In this document: one piece after another, positions 1 through 11,673 of the stretch
How the letters are laid out: every line of letters starts with the position of its first letter
Numbering within the stretch: the stretch's first letter is position 1
Assembly: GCA_030390025.1 (NCBI GenBank)
Contig: CM059432.1
Span: 15,812,001 to 15,876,000 of the forward strand
Source of the DNA: Squalus acanthias
Lineage: Eukaryota
Direction: 5' to 3'
DNA length: 64,000 nucleotides
Made by a program: the position numbers and the translations under genes
The notes under the pieces: model-generated
What the model saw: only the letters and a program-made list of their open reading frames with translations
Database searches by the model: none
Told to the model about the DNA's origin: nothing

Positions 1-52
1 GAAAGCTCGTTTATCACCATCATCTCAATTCCTTTTTTTCATTTTTGGGCAG

Positions 53-289
53 TCTTGTAACTGTAGTGAGATCGGTTCCGTTGGTCTTCAGTGTGATGGA
101 ACGAGTGGTCACTGCCCCTGCAAAGGAGAGTTCAGTGGAGAAAAATGCAACAAGTGTGCTATTGGCTACAGGGACCACCCTCAATGCATTGCCTGTAAGT
201 GCGATCCCAGTGGTACCAGACCTGAAAAATGTGATCTGACACAAGGAGTTTGCAGCTGTGAGGAACGCACTGGGCTTTGTCCCTGTAAG
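53..289 (+). CDS. lama1: lama1 exon (LE repeats), 237 nt, phase 0/0
   Basis: gggcag|TCT...AAG|gtacag; SCNCSEIGSVGLQCDGTSGHCPCKGEFSGEKCNKCAIGYRDHPQCIACKCDPSGTRPEKCDLTQGVCSCEERTGLCPCK. Confidence 0.95.
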
Positions 290-625
290 GTACAGCATCA
301 CTTACATAACTATAGCATCTAATGAGAATGACTAACTTTATTCTCTTTTTATCGCACCTCTCTCCACTGTTCTATTTTTCTTGCTTTCTTTAGGCCCTCT
401 TGTGTCATGTGCTTCTCTCAAGAGAGGCAGCAAATAACTTGCCTCCAGCTTCCTGATAATCTGCTATGCCGCATTTGACCCTGCCCTCCCCTGTAGGACA
501 GCTGCAGAATGAGTTGACCTCTTATTTTTATGCCTTTCCTTATGTGGTAGAGAACCTCCCTAGATGTTAAGCCGAGATAGGGAACTCACCAATTGTTGGT
601 AGGAACCTGAATGATACCACCTATT

Positions 626-1000
626 CCTTGGAATTCTCTACACCAGAGGGCTGTGGATGCTCAGTCATTGAGTATATTCAATGATGCGGAGATGCCGGTG
701 TTGGACTGGGGTGGACAAAAATGAGAAGTCGCACAACACCAGGTTATAGTCCAACAGTTTTATTTGAAATTACGAGCTTGTAATTTCAAATAAAACTGTT
801 GGACTATAACCTGGTGTTGTGCGACTTCTCATTTGAGTATATTCAAGGCTGTGATCGATAGATTTTTGGACTCTAAGGGAATCAAATGGGCATTGGGCAG
901 GAAAAGAGGTCGAAGATCAGCCATGATCTTATTGAATGGCGGAACAGGCTCGAGGGGCCGTATGGCCTACTCCTGCTCCTATTTCTTATGTTCTTATGTT
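626..1000 (+). mobile_element. CR1 LINE 3' end fragment, interrupted by a hairpin insertion
   Basis: LWNSL..RAVDAQSLSIFK coding remnant, shared CR1 3' UTR (ggctcgaggggcc...ggcctactcctgctcct) and (TTCTTATG)n tail. Confidence 0.9.
682..832. mobile_element. Fold-back (inverted) insertion of a Penelope-like terminal fragment
   Basis: 14-bp TSD TTGAGTATATTCAA at 668-681 and 833-846; near-perfect palindrome 719-834; same sequence family as 8181-8335. Confidence 0.8.
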
Positions 1001-1414
1001 AAGTGAAGCTGTGGTGGTGGCAGGGTGCATCCACTGTATTATGGAGTGGAGAGGCACAGGTTTAAAATCCCAAATCCTGCTGTGTTGTTGCTGAGGAGAG
1101 GTCTGGCTCTCATTCAGCAGATGATAGAAAATTGGAGGGAGAGTCTGTCGAGCTACTGTCATGTGCCTCAGGCTGAAGAATGGAGTCCTGGTAGAAGGTC
1201 ACCATCCCTCTTAGCGACAGAAAGTACATGAACTGGCAAGATCAGGAAATCAGTAATTTGATATGTTCAAAATATACAATTGAGGATCGTAACTTAAAAA
1301 AATCAATTCTTTTTATATTCCTTTTTGAGGGGGATTGACAGGGTAGATACTAAGAGGTTCTTTCCCCTTGCATGAACAGTCTAGAACTAGGGGCATAGTT
1401 TCAGGATAAGGAGT

Positions 1415-4400
1415 CATAAGAACATAAGAATTAGGAGCTGGAGTAGGCCATTTGGCCCCTCGAGCCTGCTCCGCCATTCAATAAGATCATGGCCGATCTT
1501 CTACCTCAACTCCACCTTCCCGCACTATCCCCATATCCCTTAATTCCCTTAGTTCCCAAAAATTTATCGACCTCTGTCTTGAATATACTCAATGACTGAG
1601 CATCCACAGCTCTCTGGGGTAGAGAATTCCAAAGATTCACCACCCTTTTAGTGAAGAAATTTCTCCTCATCTCAGTCCTAAATGGCCGACCCCTTATTCT
1701 GAGTCTGTGACCCCATGTTCTAGATTCCCCAGCCAGGGGAAACATTTTCTCAGCATTAACCCTGTCAAGCCCCTTAAGAATTTTATATGTTGCAATTAGA
1801 TCACCTCTCATTCTTTTAAACTCTAGCGAATATAGGCCTCAATCTCTCCTCATAGGGCAATCCCCTCATCCCAGGAACCAGTCTAGTGAACCTTTGTTGC
1901 ACTCCCTCTAAGGCAAGTATGTCTTCCTTAGGTAAGGAGACCAGAACTGTACATTGTACTCCAGGTGTGGCCTCACCAATGCCATGTATAATTGTAGTAA
2001 GACTTCTTTAATCTTATACTCTAATCTCTTTGTAACAAAAGCTAACATACCATTTGCTTTCCTAATTGCTTGCTGTACCTGCATGTTAACTTTTTGTGAT
2101 TCATGTACAAGGATACCCAGGTCCCTCTGAATGCAAACATTTCCCAGTCTCTCACCCTTCAAAAAGTATTCTGCTTTTTTGTTTTTCCTACCAAAGTGGA
2201 TAACTTCACACTTCCCCACATTGTATTCCATTTGCCATGTTCTTGCCCACTCAGTCAACCTGTCTATATCTCTCTGCAGCCTCTTTGCGACCTCCTCACA
2301 GCTTACTTTCCCACCTAACTTTGTATCATCAGCAAACTTGGATACGTTACACTCAGTCCCTTCATCTAATTCATTAATATAGATTGTTAATAGCTGAGGC
2401 CCAAGCACTGATCCTTGCGGTACCCTGCTATTTACAGCCTGCCAACCCGAAAAAGTCCCGTTAATTCCTACTGTCTGTTTCTGTCCATTAACCAATCCTC
2501 AATCCACGCTAATATATTACCCCCAATCCCATGAGTCCTAATTTTGTGTAATAACCTCTTGTGTGGCACCTTATCGAATGCTTTTTGAAAATCTAAATAT
2601 ACTACATCCTCTGGTTCCCCCTTATCCATCCTACCAGTTACATCTTCAAAAAACTCTAACAGATTGGTCAAACACGATTTCCCTTTCTTAAAACCATGTT
2701 GACTCTGCCTAATCATATTACAATTTTCTATGTGCCCTGTTACCACGATCCCTAATAATAGATTCTAACATTTTGCCTACTACTGATGTCAGGCTAACTG
2801 GCCTATAGTTCCCCGTTTTTTCTCTTCCTCCTTTCTTAAATAGCGAGGTTATGTTTGCTACCTTCCAATCCTTGGGGACTGTTCTAGAATCGAGGGAATT
2901 CTGGAAGATTAATACCAGTGCATCCACTATCTCTACAGCTACCTCTTTTAAAACCCTAGGATGCAGGTCGTCAGGTCCAGGGGATTTGTTGACACTTAGT
3001 CCCATTAATTTCGCCAGCACCATGTCTTTACTTATACTGATTTCTTTAAGTTCCTCATTCTCTCTAGACCCTTGGTTCCCCATTATTTCCGGAATTTTTT
3101 TGTGTCTTCTACTGTGAAGACAGATACAAAGTATTTGTTTAATGTCTCTGTCATTTCCTTATTGCCCATTATAATTTCTCCTGTCTCGGCCTCTAATGGG
3201 CCCACGTTTACTTTCACTAATCTCTTCCTATTTACATAGCCTATAGAAACGTTTACAATCTGTTTTTATGTCTCTTGCTAATTTACTCTCTTTTTTTCTC
3301 TTTCCTTATCAATTTCTTGGTCCTCCTTTGCTGAATTCTAAAATCCTCCCAATCCTTAGGCTTACTATTATTTTTGGCAACATTATAAACCTCTTCCTTT
3401 GATCTAATACTATCTTTAACTTCTCTTGTTAGGCAAAGTTGGACCACTTTTCCTTTGGGGGTTTTTGTCCCTTAAAGGATGTATATTTGTTGTAAATTAT
3501 GTATTAATTCTTTAAATTGGCCCCATCTGCTCTCTCAGGTGGACGTAAAAGATCCCATGGCACTATTTCGAAGAAGAGCAGGGGAATTATCCCCGGTGTC
3601 TTGGCCAATATTTGTCTCTCGATCAACATAACAAAAACAGATTATTTGGTCATTATCACATTGCTGTTTGTGGGAGCTTGATGTGCGCAAATTGGCTGCC
3701 GTATTTCCCACATTACAACGGTGACTACGCTCCAAAAGTACTTCATTGGCTATAAAGCGCTTTGAGACATCCGGTGGTCGTGAAAGGCGCTATATAAATA
3801 CAAGTCTTTATATCTTTCTTTCCTTCTTAAATGCTAGCCATTGCTTGTCTACCGTCATACCTTTTAATGTAGTTTTCCAATCTACCTTAGTCAACTCACC
3901 TCTCATACCTACGTAGTTTGCTTTGCTTAGATTTAAGACCTTAGTTTCAGACTTAACTAAATCACTTTCAAACTCAATATAAAATTCTACCATATTATGG
4001 TCACTCTTCCCGAACGGCCCCTTTACTATAAGGTTATTAATTAACCCTTTCTCATTGCACAATACTAGATCTAAAATAGCCTGTTCCCTAGTTGGTTCTG
4101 CAACATACTGATCTAGAAAACTATCTTATATACATTCCATGAACTCATCCTCCACATTACTATTACAAATTTGGTTTGCTCGGTCTATATGTAGATTAAA
4201 GTCCCCCATGATTACTGTATTACCCTTGTTACATGCGCCTCTAATTTCCTGATTTATACTCTGCCCTACATTACAACTACTGTTTGAGGGCCTATAAACA
4301 ACTCCGACCAATGTTTTCTGCCCCTTGCTGTTTCTTCGCTCCATCCAAACTGATTCTACTTCTTGATTTTCCAAGCCAAGATCCTTTCTCTCTACTGTCT

Positions 4401-6150
4401 TTATCCTATCCTTTATTATCAGGGCTACCCCTCCTCCTTTTCCATTTTGCCTATCTCTTTTAGAAGTTAAGTATCCTGGAATATTTAGTTCCCAACCTTG
4501 GTCACTTTGCAACCAACTCTCCGTAATGGCTATTAGATCAAACCTATTAATTTCTATCTGCGCTATTAATTCATCTATTTTGTTGCGAATGCTTCGTGCA
4601 TTCAGATATAGTGCCTTTAGCTTTGACTTTTTTCTATGTTTCCCTGATGTCACCTTAGTCACTGAAGCCTTATTACGTTTGTTACTCTTTCTGTCCTTTC
4701 CTGACCCACTCTGCTTATTTTTACCCAAAACTCTGCTCTGCTCTGGAGCCTTGACATTTCCCTTGCTGCTTTTAAATTTACTCTTTCCTGCATCCTCCAA
4801 CCCCCCTTCATTAGTTTAAAGCCCTGTCTACTGCCCTAGTTATTCAATTCGCCAGACATTGATTCCAACCCGGTTTAAGTGGAGCCCATCCCAAAGGAAC
4901 AGCTCCCTCTTTCCCAGTACTGGTGCCAGTGGCCCATGAAGCGAAACCCCTGCCTCCCACACCACTCTTTCAGCCACGCATTTAACCTTCTAATCTGCTT
5001 ATCCCTATGCCAATTGGCTCGTGGCTCAGGTAACAATCCAGAGATTGAGGTTCTGCTTTTTAATTTGGACCCTAACTCCTCAAACTCTCTCAGCAGAACC
5101 TCATTCCTAGTTCTACCTATGTTGTTGGTTCCTACGTGGACCACGACAACTGGATCCTCCCCCTCCCACTCCAAGCTCTTCTCCAGCTGCGAGGAGATGT
5201 ATTTAACCCTGGCACCGGGCATGCAACACAGCCTTCGGTACTCCCTGTCGCAGTTGCAGAGAACAGTATCTATCCCCCTGACGATGCTGTCGCCTACCAC
5301 TACCACATTCCTTTTTACTCCCCCCCCCCCCCCCCCCCCCCGCAACTTGAATGGCCTCCTGTACCACGGTGCCGTTGTCAATTTGCCCATCCTCCCTGCA
5401 GTCTTTGTTCTCATCCACACAGGTAGCAAGTACCTCATACCTGTTGGACAAGGTCAAGGGCTGAGGCTCCTCCAGCACTATATCCTGGGTCCCCGTACCT
5501 TCCTGACTCGCAGTCACACCCTCCTGTCCCTGACCATTGAATAACTCTAAAGTACTACTTAACCTAAGGGCAGTGACTGCCTCCTGGAACAAAGTGTCCA
5601 GGTAACTCTCCCCTTCCCTGATGCCCCGCAATGTCTGCAGCTCTGACTCCAGCTCAACAACTCTGAGCTGAAGTTCCTCGAGCTGCAGGCACTTACCGCA
5701 GATGTGGTTGCTCAGGATCTCGTTGGTCTCCACCGACTCCCACATGCCGCAGTTAAGACACACCACCTGCACTGCCATCTCTATCAACCTTATTATATTT
5801 ATATAATTAGTTACAGCTTTTATTCAAACGATTATTTTTAGTTTTAATTAGTTAATTTAGCCTAAGTTATTAATTCAATAAAGTTATAGTAGTTAGTACT
5901 CTCCCAGTTCTGAATTTAATCCACTTAACTAACCTTGAGAGCAAAAGAGCTGTAATACTCACCAACCAATCACTAACCTGCTGTCCTGACGTCAGTCCTT
6001 GTTTTTTTTTGTTTTTAAGTTGTCGCTCAGCTCCCTTTAAGCCGCCACCTCTGCTGCCGCTGCTCTCGCTCAGGTCCGCGCCGTGTCCTGGGCCTTCTCC
6101 GGTACTCCCTTTCTGCAGCTGCCACTCCCACTCAGGTCTGCGCTGTCGGA
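1415..6150 (-). mobile_element. Near-full-length degenerate CR1 LINE (ORF1 zinc finger/coiled coil/SGNH esterase; ORF2 APE endonuclease + RT)
   Basis: ORF1 pieces CLNC...CGKC + LEELQLRVVELESEL, VVVVGDSIVRG, VVHVGTNNIG. ORF2 pieces YLNARSI, IAITESWL, MGDFN, YLDFQKAFD, PQGSVLGP, KFADD. (TTCTTATG)n tail at about 1415-1430. Frameshifted. Sits between two parts of a + strand CR1 3' fragment (about 1328-1414 and 6153-6262). Confidence 0.95.
3519..3824 (+). mobile_element. SacSINE1-like DeuSINE, 5'-truncated, nested in the CR1
   Basis: Core ggtggacgtaaaagatcccatggcactatttcgaagaagagcagggg and tail gaaaggcgctatataaat shared with six other copies in the window. Confidence 0.85.
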
Positions 6151-6806
6151 AAATTGAGAATATTCAGAGCTGAAATAGATAGCTTTCTGGACTCTAGCGG
6201 AATCAAGGGATATGGGGATCGGGCGGGAAAGTGCAGGTGAGGTCGATGATCAGCCATGATCTCACTGTTTTGGGAGGAGATTTGCAAAGTAATGAAACTG
6301 TTAATGCAGTCCCAATACTTAAGTGCTTCATCTGAGAGTCTCTTCCTCTTTCCTGCAACCTTAATGTATGAAAATCAAGGCTCGTCGCACCATCTTCTAC
6401 TCAAACTCATTGTTTTTTGCAGGATCTCAAAATTCGTAGAATTACACAGTATGTACAGCACAGAAACAGGTCATTCGGCCCAACTGGTCTGTGCCGGCTT
6501 TTATGCTCCACATGAGTCTCCTTCCACCCCTCTTGATCTGACCCTATCAGACTAACTCTGTTACTGGTCCCTTCCTATTATAATCTACGAGCTTTTAAAA
6601 CCCAGACTTCTCTTCTGACCTTTTCAATCCTCAATGCTGTTGTTCATCTAGATTCCTTAATTTAAAAAAAAGAATGGAGTGGGAAACCAGCAGAATAATG
6701 TACCAAGCTTGCGATGTATTACGTAAAACAAGCGCCTTCCGATCATGATGTGCACTGTAATTCTGAACGTTGTTGTAAACAGTGAAAGTGTACACCCTCA
6801 TTTCAG

Positions 6807-6950
6807 GAAAGCGTCTCTGGTGTCCGCTGCAATGAATGCAAGCCCGGATCGTTTGCTCTCAGTCTCCGTAACCCAGCTGGCTGCAGCCCTTGCTACTGCT
6901 CCGGAGTCTCCAATTCCTGCTCAGAGCTCCGAGGATTGGTCAGGATTCCT
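6807..6950 (+). CDS. lama1: lama1 exon (LE repeat, start of interrupted LE), 144 nt, phase 0/0
   Basis: tttcag|GAA...CCT|gtaaga; ESVSGVRCNECKPGSFALSLRNPAGCSPCYCSGVSNSCSELRGLVRIP. Confidence 0.95.
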
Positions 6951-7256
6951 GTAAGAACAGCCTCATAACCTACAGCTAAAGATAGACAAGTGCGTCGTAC
7001 CTCTCGCGAAAGAAAGCATTTTAAAATGTATTCCTGCAGAAAATCTAAAACAGTGGGTAAAATATCGACTGTGTAAAAGTAATGGAAGTTTACAAACATT
7101 CAATGGGGACCAATTGGTGGACTGACCAAAAAAAAGTGATGGGGTCTGGGGCGATGTTCCCGGTTAGCTGCGTGGCCAGGCAGCCGTCTGAAGCTGCCAC
7201 ACAGGTCGCTTGCCGGTTTCTGAATGGAAAAACCGCGTATGCGCGGAAATTTGAAT

Positions 7257-7330
7257 GGGCCGCACAGCCTGTTAAAGGGGCCACGCAGCCCGTTAAAGGG
7301 GCCGCACAGCCTGTTAAAGGGGTGGCGCAC
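7257..7330. repeat. 21-bp minisatellite (about 3.5 copies) inside a probable small MITE (about 7148-7358)
   Basis: gggccgcacagcctgttaaag repeated with few substitutions. Confidence 0.8.
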
Positions 7331-7958
7331 ACAAAAAAAATTACAAGGAACATTGGTCTTGGGGTATCTCTTGACATATATTATTAAGTCACATAAATAT
7401 GGGAAAGGTGTGAAATAGCTACTTATAGTTGAGTCGTACAGGTGATGTTGGAAGTCATAAGAGAAAAACCAGGGAGCTGCGAAGATCATTCTTAGCAGTG
7501 AAACGTAAATGGTATTTAAATTTTTAAAACTTTTGCACGTTATATTTAAGTGCGTAAATTATTTGTATTTTTTAGCAAGAAGTTATTTGATTTTTCAAAA
7601 AGGGTTGCTTAATTTTTATCACTAAAAATAGTGTAGCTGAATAAGATGCCGACAGTTCAGATAATTAACCGTGACATTACGACTAAAATTATTTTACTTT
7701 AGTCAGTAAAGTATCATTTTAGATTGCAGTGGGGGAAAAACTGATACATCACTTGTTGTATATGCAGATGTTGCAATGGTATATGGAAAAATACACTGAA
7801 GAACACCAGGACCTGCAGTGTGAAAAAAAACTGTTAAGTAATAATACTAGTTATGCTCAACATTAGATAACATTTTTCTCTCTCTCTGTCTCTCCATATG
7901 TGTGTGTATCAACCTACACACATACACACACAAATGCATTACATCTGTATCTACATAG

Positions 7959-8138
7959 CTGACCCTGACTCCCGACCAGCTGATTATGCGTGTCGTCAGC
8001 CAAGGCAATCTGACTGGTACAACAGAGGGCGTCTTCTCTCAGCCCCCAGAGACCTTGCTAGATGCTGCACTGGTACAGAGGCACCTCCAAACAGAGTCGT
8101 ATTACTGGTCACTCCCTGCCCAGTTCACAGGCGATAAG
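7959..8138 (+). CDS. lama1: lama1 exon (L4/laminin IV-A domain), 180 nt, phase 0/0
   Basis: acatag|CTG...AAG|gtgaga; LTLTPDQLIMRVVSQGNLTGTTEGVFSQPPETLLDAALVQRHLQTESYYWSLPAQFTGDK. Confidence 0.93.
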
Positions 8139-8180
8139 GTGAGAGAAGCAGCTGAAAACACAATGTGAAGGTGAACAATG

Positions 8181-8335
8181 ATGTGGAGATGCCGGTGTTG
8201 GACTGGGGTGGACAAATGAGAGAAGTCGCACAACACCAGGTTATAGTCCAACAGTTTTATTTGAAATCACAAGCTTTCGGAGCGCTGCTCCTTCGTCAGC
8301 TGAAGTGAAGAGATGTATATCGGCACAGCATATAT
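8181..8335 (-). mobile_element. Penelope-like element terminal fragment carrying a hammerhead motif
   Basis: 12-bp TSD AGGTGAACAATG at 8169-8180 and 8336-8347; minus strand contains CTGACGAAGGAGCAGCGCTCCGAAAGCTTGTGA. Confidence 0.75.
8267..8303 (-). ncRNA. Minimal type I hammerhead ribozyme motif (stem I has a mismatch next to the core)
   Basis: UCAG-CUGACGA-A-GGAGC(AGC)GCUCC-GAAA-GCU-U-GUGA; core, stem II and palindromic stem III (AGCU) present. Confidence 0.7.
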
Positions 8336-9077
8336 AGGTGAACAATGCTTAAGTTCCTGAAGCTGACTTGCGGTGGGGGGGGGGGGGGGGGGGAAAGGCC
8401 TAGAATTAGTAAAACATTTAGCAAATAGCAGTAAGACTGTATTTGCATCCTTTAAAATTACAGCGCTTTTTTTTATTCTGGAGACAGTGCTGCAAAGTTA
8501 ACAAAGTGACCTCCGCATGCTGCTGGAGATAGGAAAAAAAAAACCACCTTGCCAAGCAGCTTCATTCCATATCTGAGGGCCGTGGCTTTGCCACCGGCAG
8601 ATGTAAATGGCTGCCGTCGCGCCCTCAGCCTGCCGTCCAGGCTAGCAGAGCAGGTTTCACATCTGTGGACCGATACGTTAAGTCCTAAATATGTCTCGTG
8701 TCAGGATGGATAAACTTGTATATTCAGGAGTCACGGGAAAGCCGTCTTCAGGAGCAACCCTGCTGAAGAGGTTTTGCTCGCGGATGTTACTGTTCATCCA
8801 GATTAATGTAAAATATAAAGTTCTTAACAGTTTTATGAGTCATTTTGTCAAACGATTCTGCCCGAAGCACAGCTGTAGTGCAAAATAACAGCTATAAAAG
8901 TAAGCCAATAGCGCAACCTACTCTTGTTTCAGTGACTAAATAGAGTTGTTGTTTTCGGATCCTCACACTCTTCCCTTGGGAAATAGTGGGAAGCGGTGGA
9001 AGGATTTGCAGGCTGATTAACAGTCTGACAGGCTGCTCCTTCCATGGCCGTAGCAATCTTCATACCAGCCGAATATT

Positions 9078-9452
9078 ATTGAAATATATAAGATTCTGAG
9101 GGGGATTGACAGGATAGATGCTTAGAGGTTGTTTCCCCTGGCTGGAGAGTCTAGAACTAGGGGTCACAGTCTCAGGATAAGGGGTCGGCCATTTAAGACT
9201 GAGATGAGGAGGAATTTCTTCACTCAGAGGGTTGTGAATCTTTGGAATTCTCTACCCCAAAGGGCTGTGGATGCTGAATCGTTGAGTATATTCAAGGCTG
9301 AGATAGATAGATATTTGGACTCTAGGGGAATCAAGGGATATGGAGATCGGGCGGGAAAGTGAGGTTGAGGTTGCAGATCAGCCATGATCTTATTGAATGG
9401 CGGAGCAGACTCGAGAGGCCGTATTGCCTACACCTGCTCCTAATTCTTATGT
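9078..9452 (+). mobile_element. CR1 3' fragment
   Basis: ORF 9129..9362 FPLAGESRTRGHSLRIRGRPFKTEMRRNFFTQRVVNLWNSLP plus CR1 3' UTR. Confidence 0.92.
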
Positions 9453-9799
9453 AGTTAGTTGGTCTGTATGCAGCCCAATGAGCGGTCCTTAAGGGGACTA
9501 CTGGGAGCCACCACGAAAAAGGTAAGTTCTTTAAAAAAAATACTTACCTGAATGTAGAGTCGTGAGGTGGAGGAGTGCTCCTCCCAGGTTCACTGCAGTG
9601 CCGAAGACCGATACCAGTACCGCACGGGACCCTCCCGATCGTCCCCGTCCCTCTCGCTCGTCCCCCTCCCTCCCGATCACCCACCTCCCCCCCCCGATAG
9701 TAACCCTCACTCCCGATCATCCACCGCCCTCCCAATCGCCTCCGCCCACCCCACCCCACCCCCACTTCTCCTGATCGCCCTTCTCTCTCGCTCGCTAGC

Positions 9800-10450
9800 A
9801 AAAATCTATCAGTCTCAGATTTTAAATGATTAATTGAGCTAGCATCTGCTGCTTTTTGTGGGAGAGAGTTCCACAGTTCTACCACCCTTTGTGTGAAGAG
9901 GTGATTCCTAACTTCTCTTCTGAATGGCCTGGCTCTGATTTTAAGGTTATCCTGGACTCCTCCACCAGCAGAAAATGTTTCTCTCTATCAATTCCTTTCA
10001 AAGTCTTAAAAACCTCAAATCAAGTCACCCCTTTATCCTCTATACTCCAGGGAATGCAAGCCTAAAATCTCTTCATAATTTAACTCTCAGAGCCCTGGTC
10101 ACGTTCTGGTGAATCTGCGATGCACTCCTTCCAAGGCCAATACAGACTTTCTACGGTGCGGTGTCCAGAACTGTACACAGTACTCCAGATGTGGTCTAAC
10201 CAGGGCTTTGTATAGCTGTAGCAAAACCTCCCCCTTTATATTCTAGCCCTCCAGATATAAAGGCCAACATTCCATTAGCCTTTTTGATTAATTTTGTACC
10301 TGGCCACTACATTTTAGCAATCCGTGTACATGGACCCTTTGGACTTTCACCATTTAAACCATCACTCAGATCAATTCTTTTTTGGTCCAAAATGGATGAC
10401 CTCACCTGCCTGCCTGCGTTGAAATCCATCTGCCACAGTTTTGCCCACCT
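9800..10450 (-). mobile_element. Older degenerate CR1 RT C-terminal fragment
   Basis: Minus-strand remnants [29 protein letters not shown] and EVIHFG. Confidence 0.8.
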
Positions 10451-10654
10451 GCATCTGCAGTGCGTCGGAATCATGTAAATGTGACCCGAGGCTCACTATC
10501 AGGTGTGCCTCGGGCCTACCTGTTCCGGCACAGGGTTCGTTCCCCGAGCCAGCCTCGCAATTTCTAGGATATTGTGTTTGTACAACGATCACTGTTAAAA
10601 CCCTGCAAACTTAAACCTCTTAGGCCTTGAGATGTTACAATCCTCTTTCTGCAG

Positions 10655-10840
10655 CTTTTGGCTTATGGAGGGAAACTGAGATATGCGGCCGCCTTTTATG
10701 CTCACGATGGCTCTGGAAACTTAAACCTGGAGCCTCAGATCCTACTGAAAGGAGGCCACAGCAGCAAAATGGTAATTTACAGGAACATCCCAACTCCTGC
10801 AAATGGACAGCAAAGCAGGCACGAGATAGACTTGACTGAG
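10655..10840 (+). CDS. lama1: lama1 exon (L4 domain), 186 nt, phase 0/0
   Basis: ctgcag|CTT...GAG|gtaagt; LLAYGGKLRYAAAFYAHDGSGNLNLEPQILLKGGHSSKMVIYRNIPTPANGQQSRHEIDLTE (AYGGKLRY is a Laminin_B motif). Confidence 0.95.
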
Positions 10841-11244
10841 GTAAGTCTGCTACCAACTTTGCCCAACTATTAGTCTTTGTTTTCTAATCTCACAGAATCA
10901 CAGAATCCCCACAGTGCAGATAGAGGCCATTTCGGCCCATCGAGCCATTGCTGATATTTTAATTCAGTAGGGGCAAATTAAGATACTTTTTGGAAAATTA
11001 GAAATAATTGAAAGCTATTTAGCCTCCGTCTACCTATCGCTCACTTTTCATATTGTAAAAATGGTATGACTGCAAGCAGTTCCATAGAACCGTAGAGGTT
11101 CACAGCACAGAAGGAGGCCATTCATTGGGGTAAAATTGGACCTGGCGGGGGCGCAAAACAGGCAGCATCGCTTCGGTTGCCTGTTATAGGCCTCGCCCGA
11201 TAGTCCGTTCCATTGACTTCAATAAAGCTGAATATCGGGCGAGT

Positions 11245-11673
11245 CAGGACATCCTAAAGCACTTTACAGCTGATGATCAAATTTTGAAGTGGAGTCACTG
11301 TTGTAGTGTAGGAAACACGGCAGCCAATTTGCACTCAGCAAGCTCCCACAAACAGCAATGTGATAATGACCCAGATAATCTGTTTTTGTTATGTTGATTG
11401 GGGGATAAATATTGGCCAGGACACCGGGGAGAACTCCCCTGCTCGTCTTCGAAATAGTGCCGTGTGATCTTTTACGTCCATCTGAGAGAGAGCAGACGGG
11501 GCCTTGGGCCTCGGTTTAACATCTCATCCGAAGGACGGCACCACCGACAGTGCAGCACTCCCTCAGCGCTGCACTGGAGTGGCAGCCTAGATTGTTGTGC
11601 TCAAGTCCCTGGAGTGGGAATTGAACCCACAACCTTCTGAATCAGAGACGAGAGAGCTGAGCCACAGCTGACA
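11245..11673 (-). mobile_element. SacSINE1-like DeuSINE
   Basis: Reverse complement of the tRNA-like head (gtcagctgtggctcag...gggttcaattcccactcc) and Deu core. Confidence 0.88.

Noticed and set aside
4879..5544. Long plus-strand ORFs overlapping LINEs (also 4526..4819, 21273..21584 and similar opposite-strand ORFs)
   Set aside because: Antisense shadows of LINE coding sequence with no independent support.
7257..7330. CRISPR-like repeat
   Set aside because: Head-to-tail 21-bp units with no unique spacers, no cas genes, eukaryotic intron.
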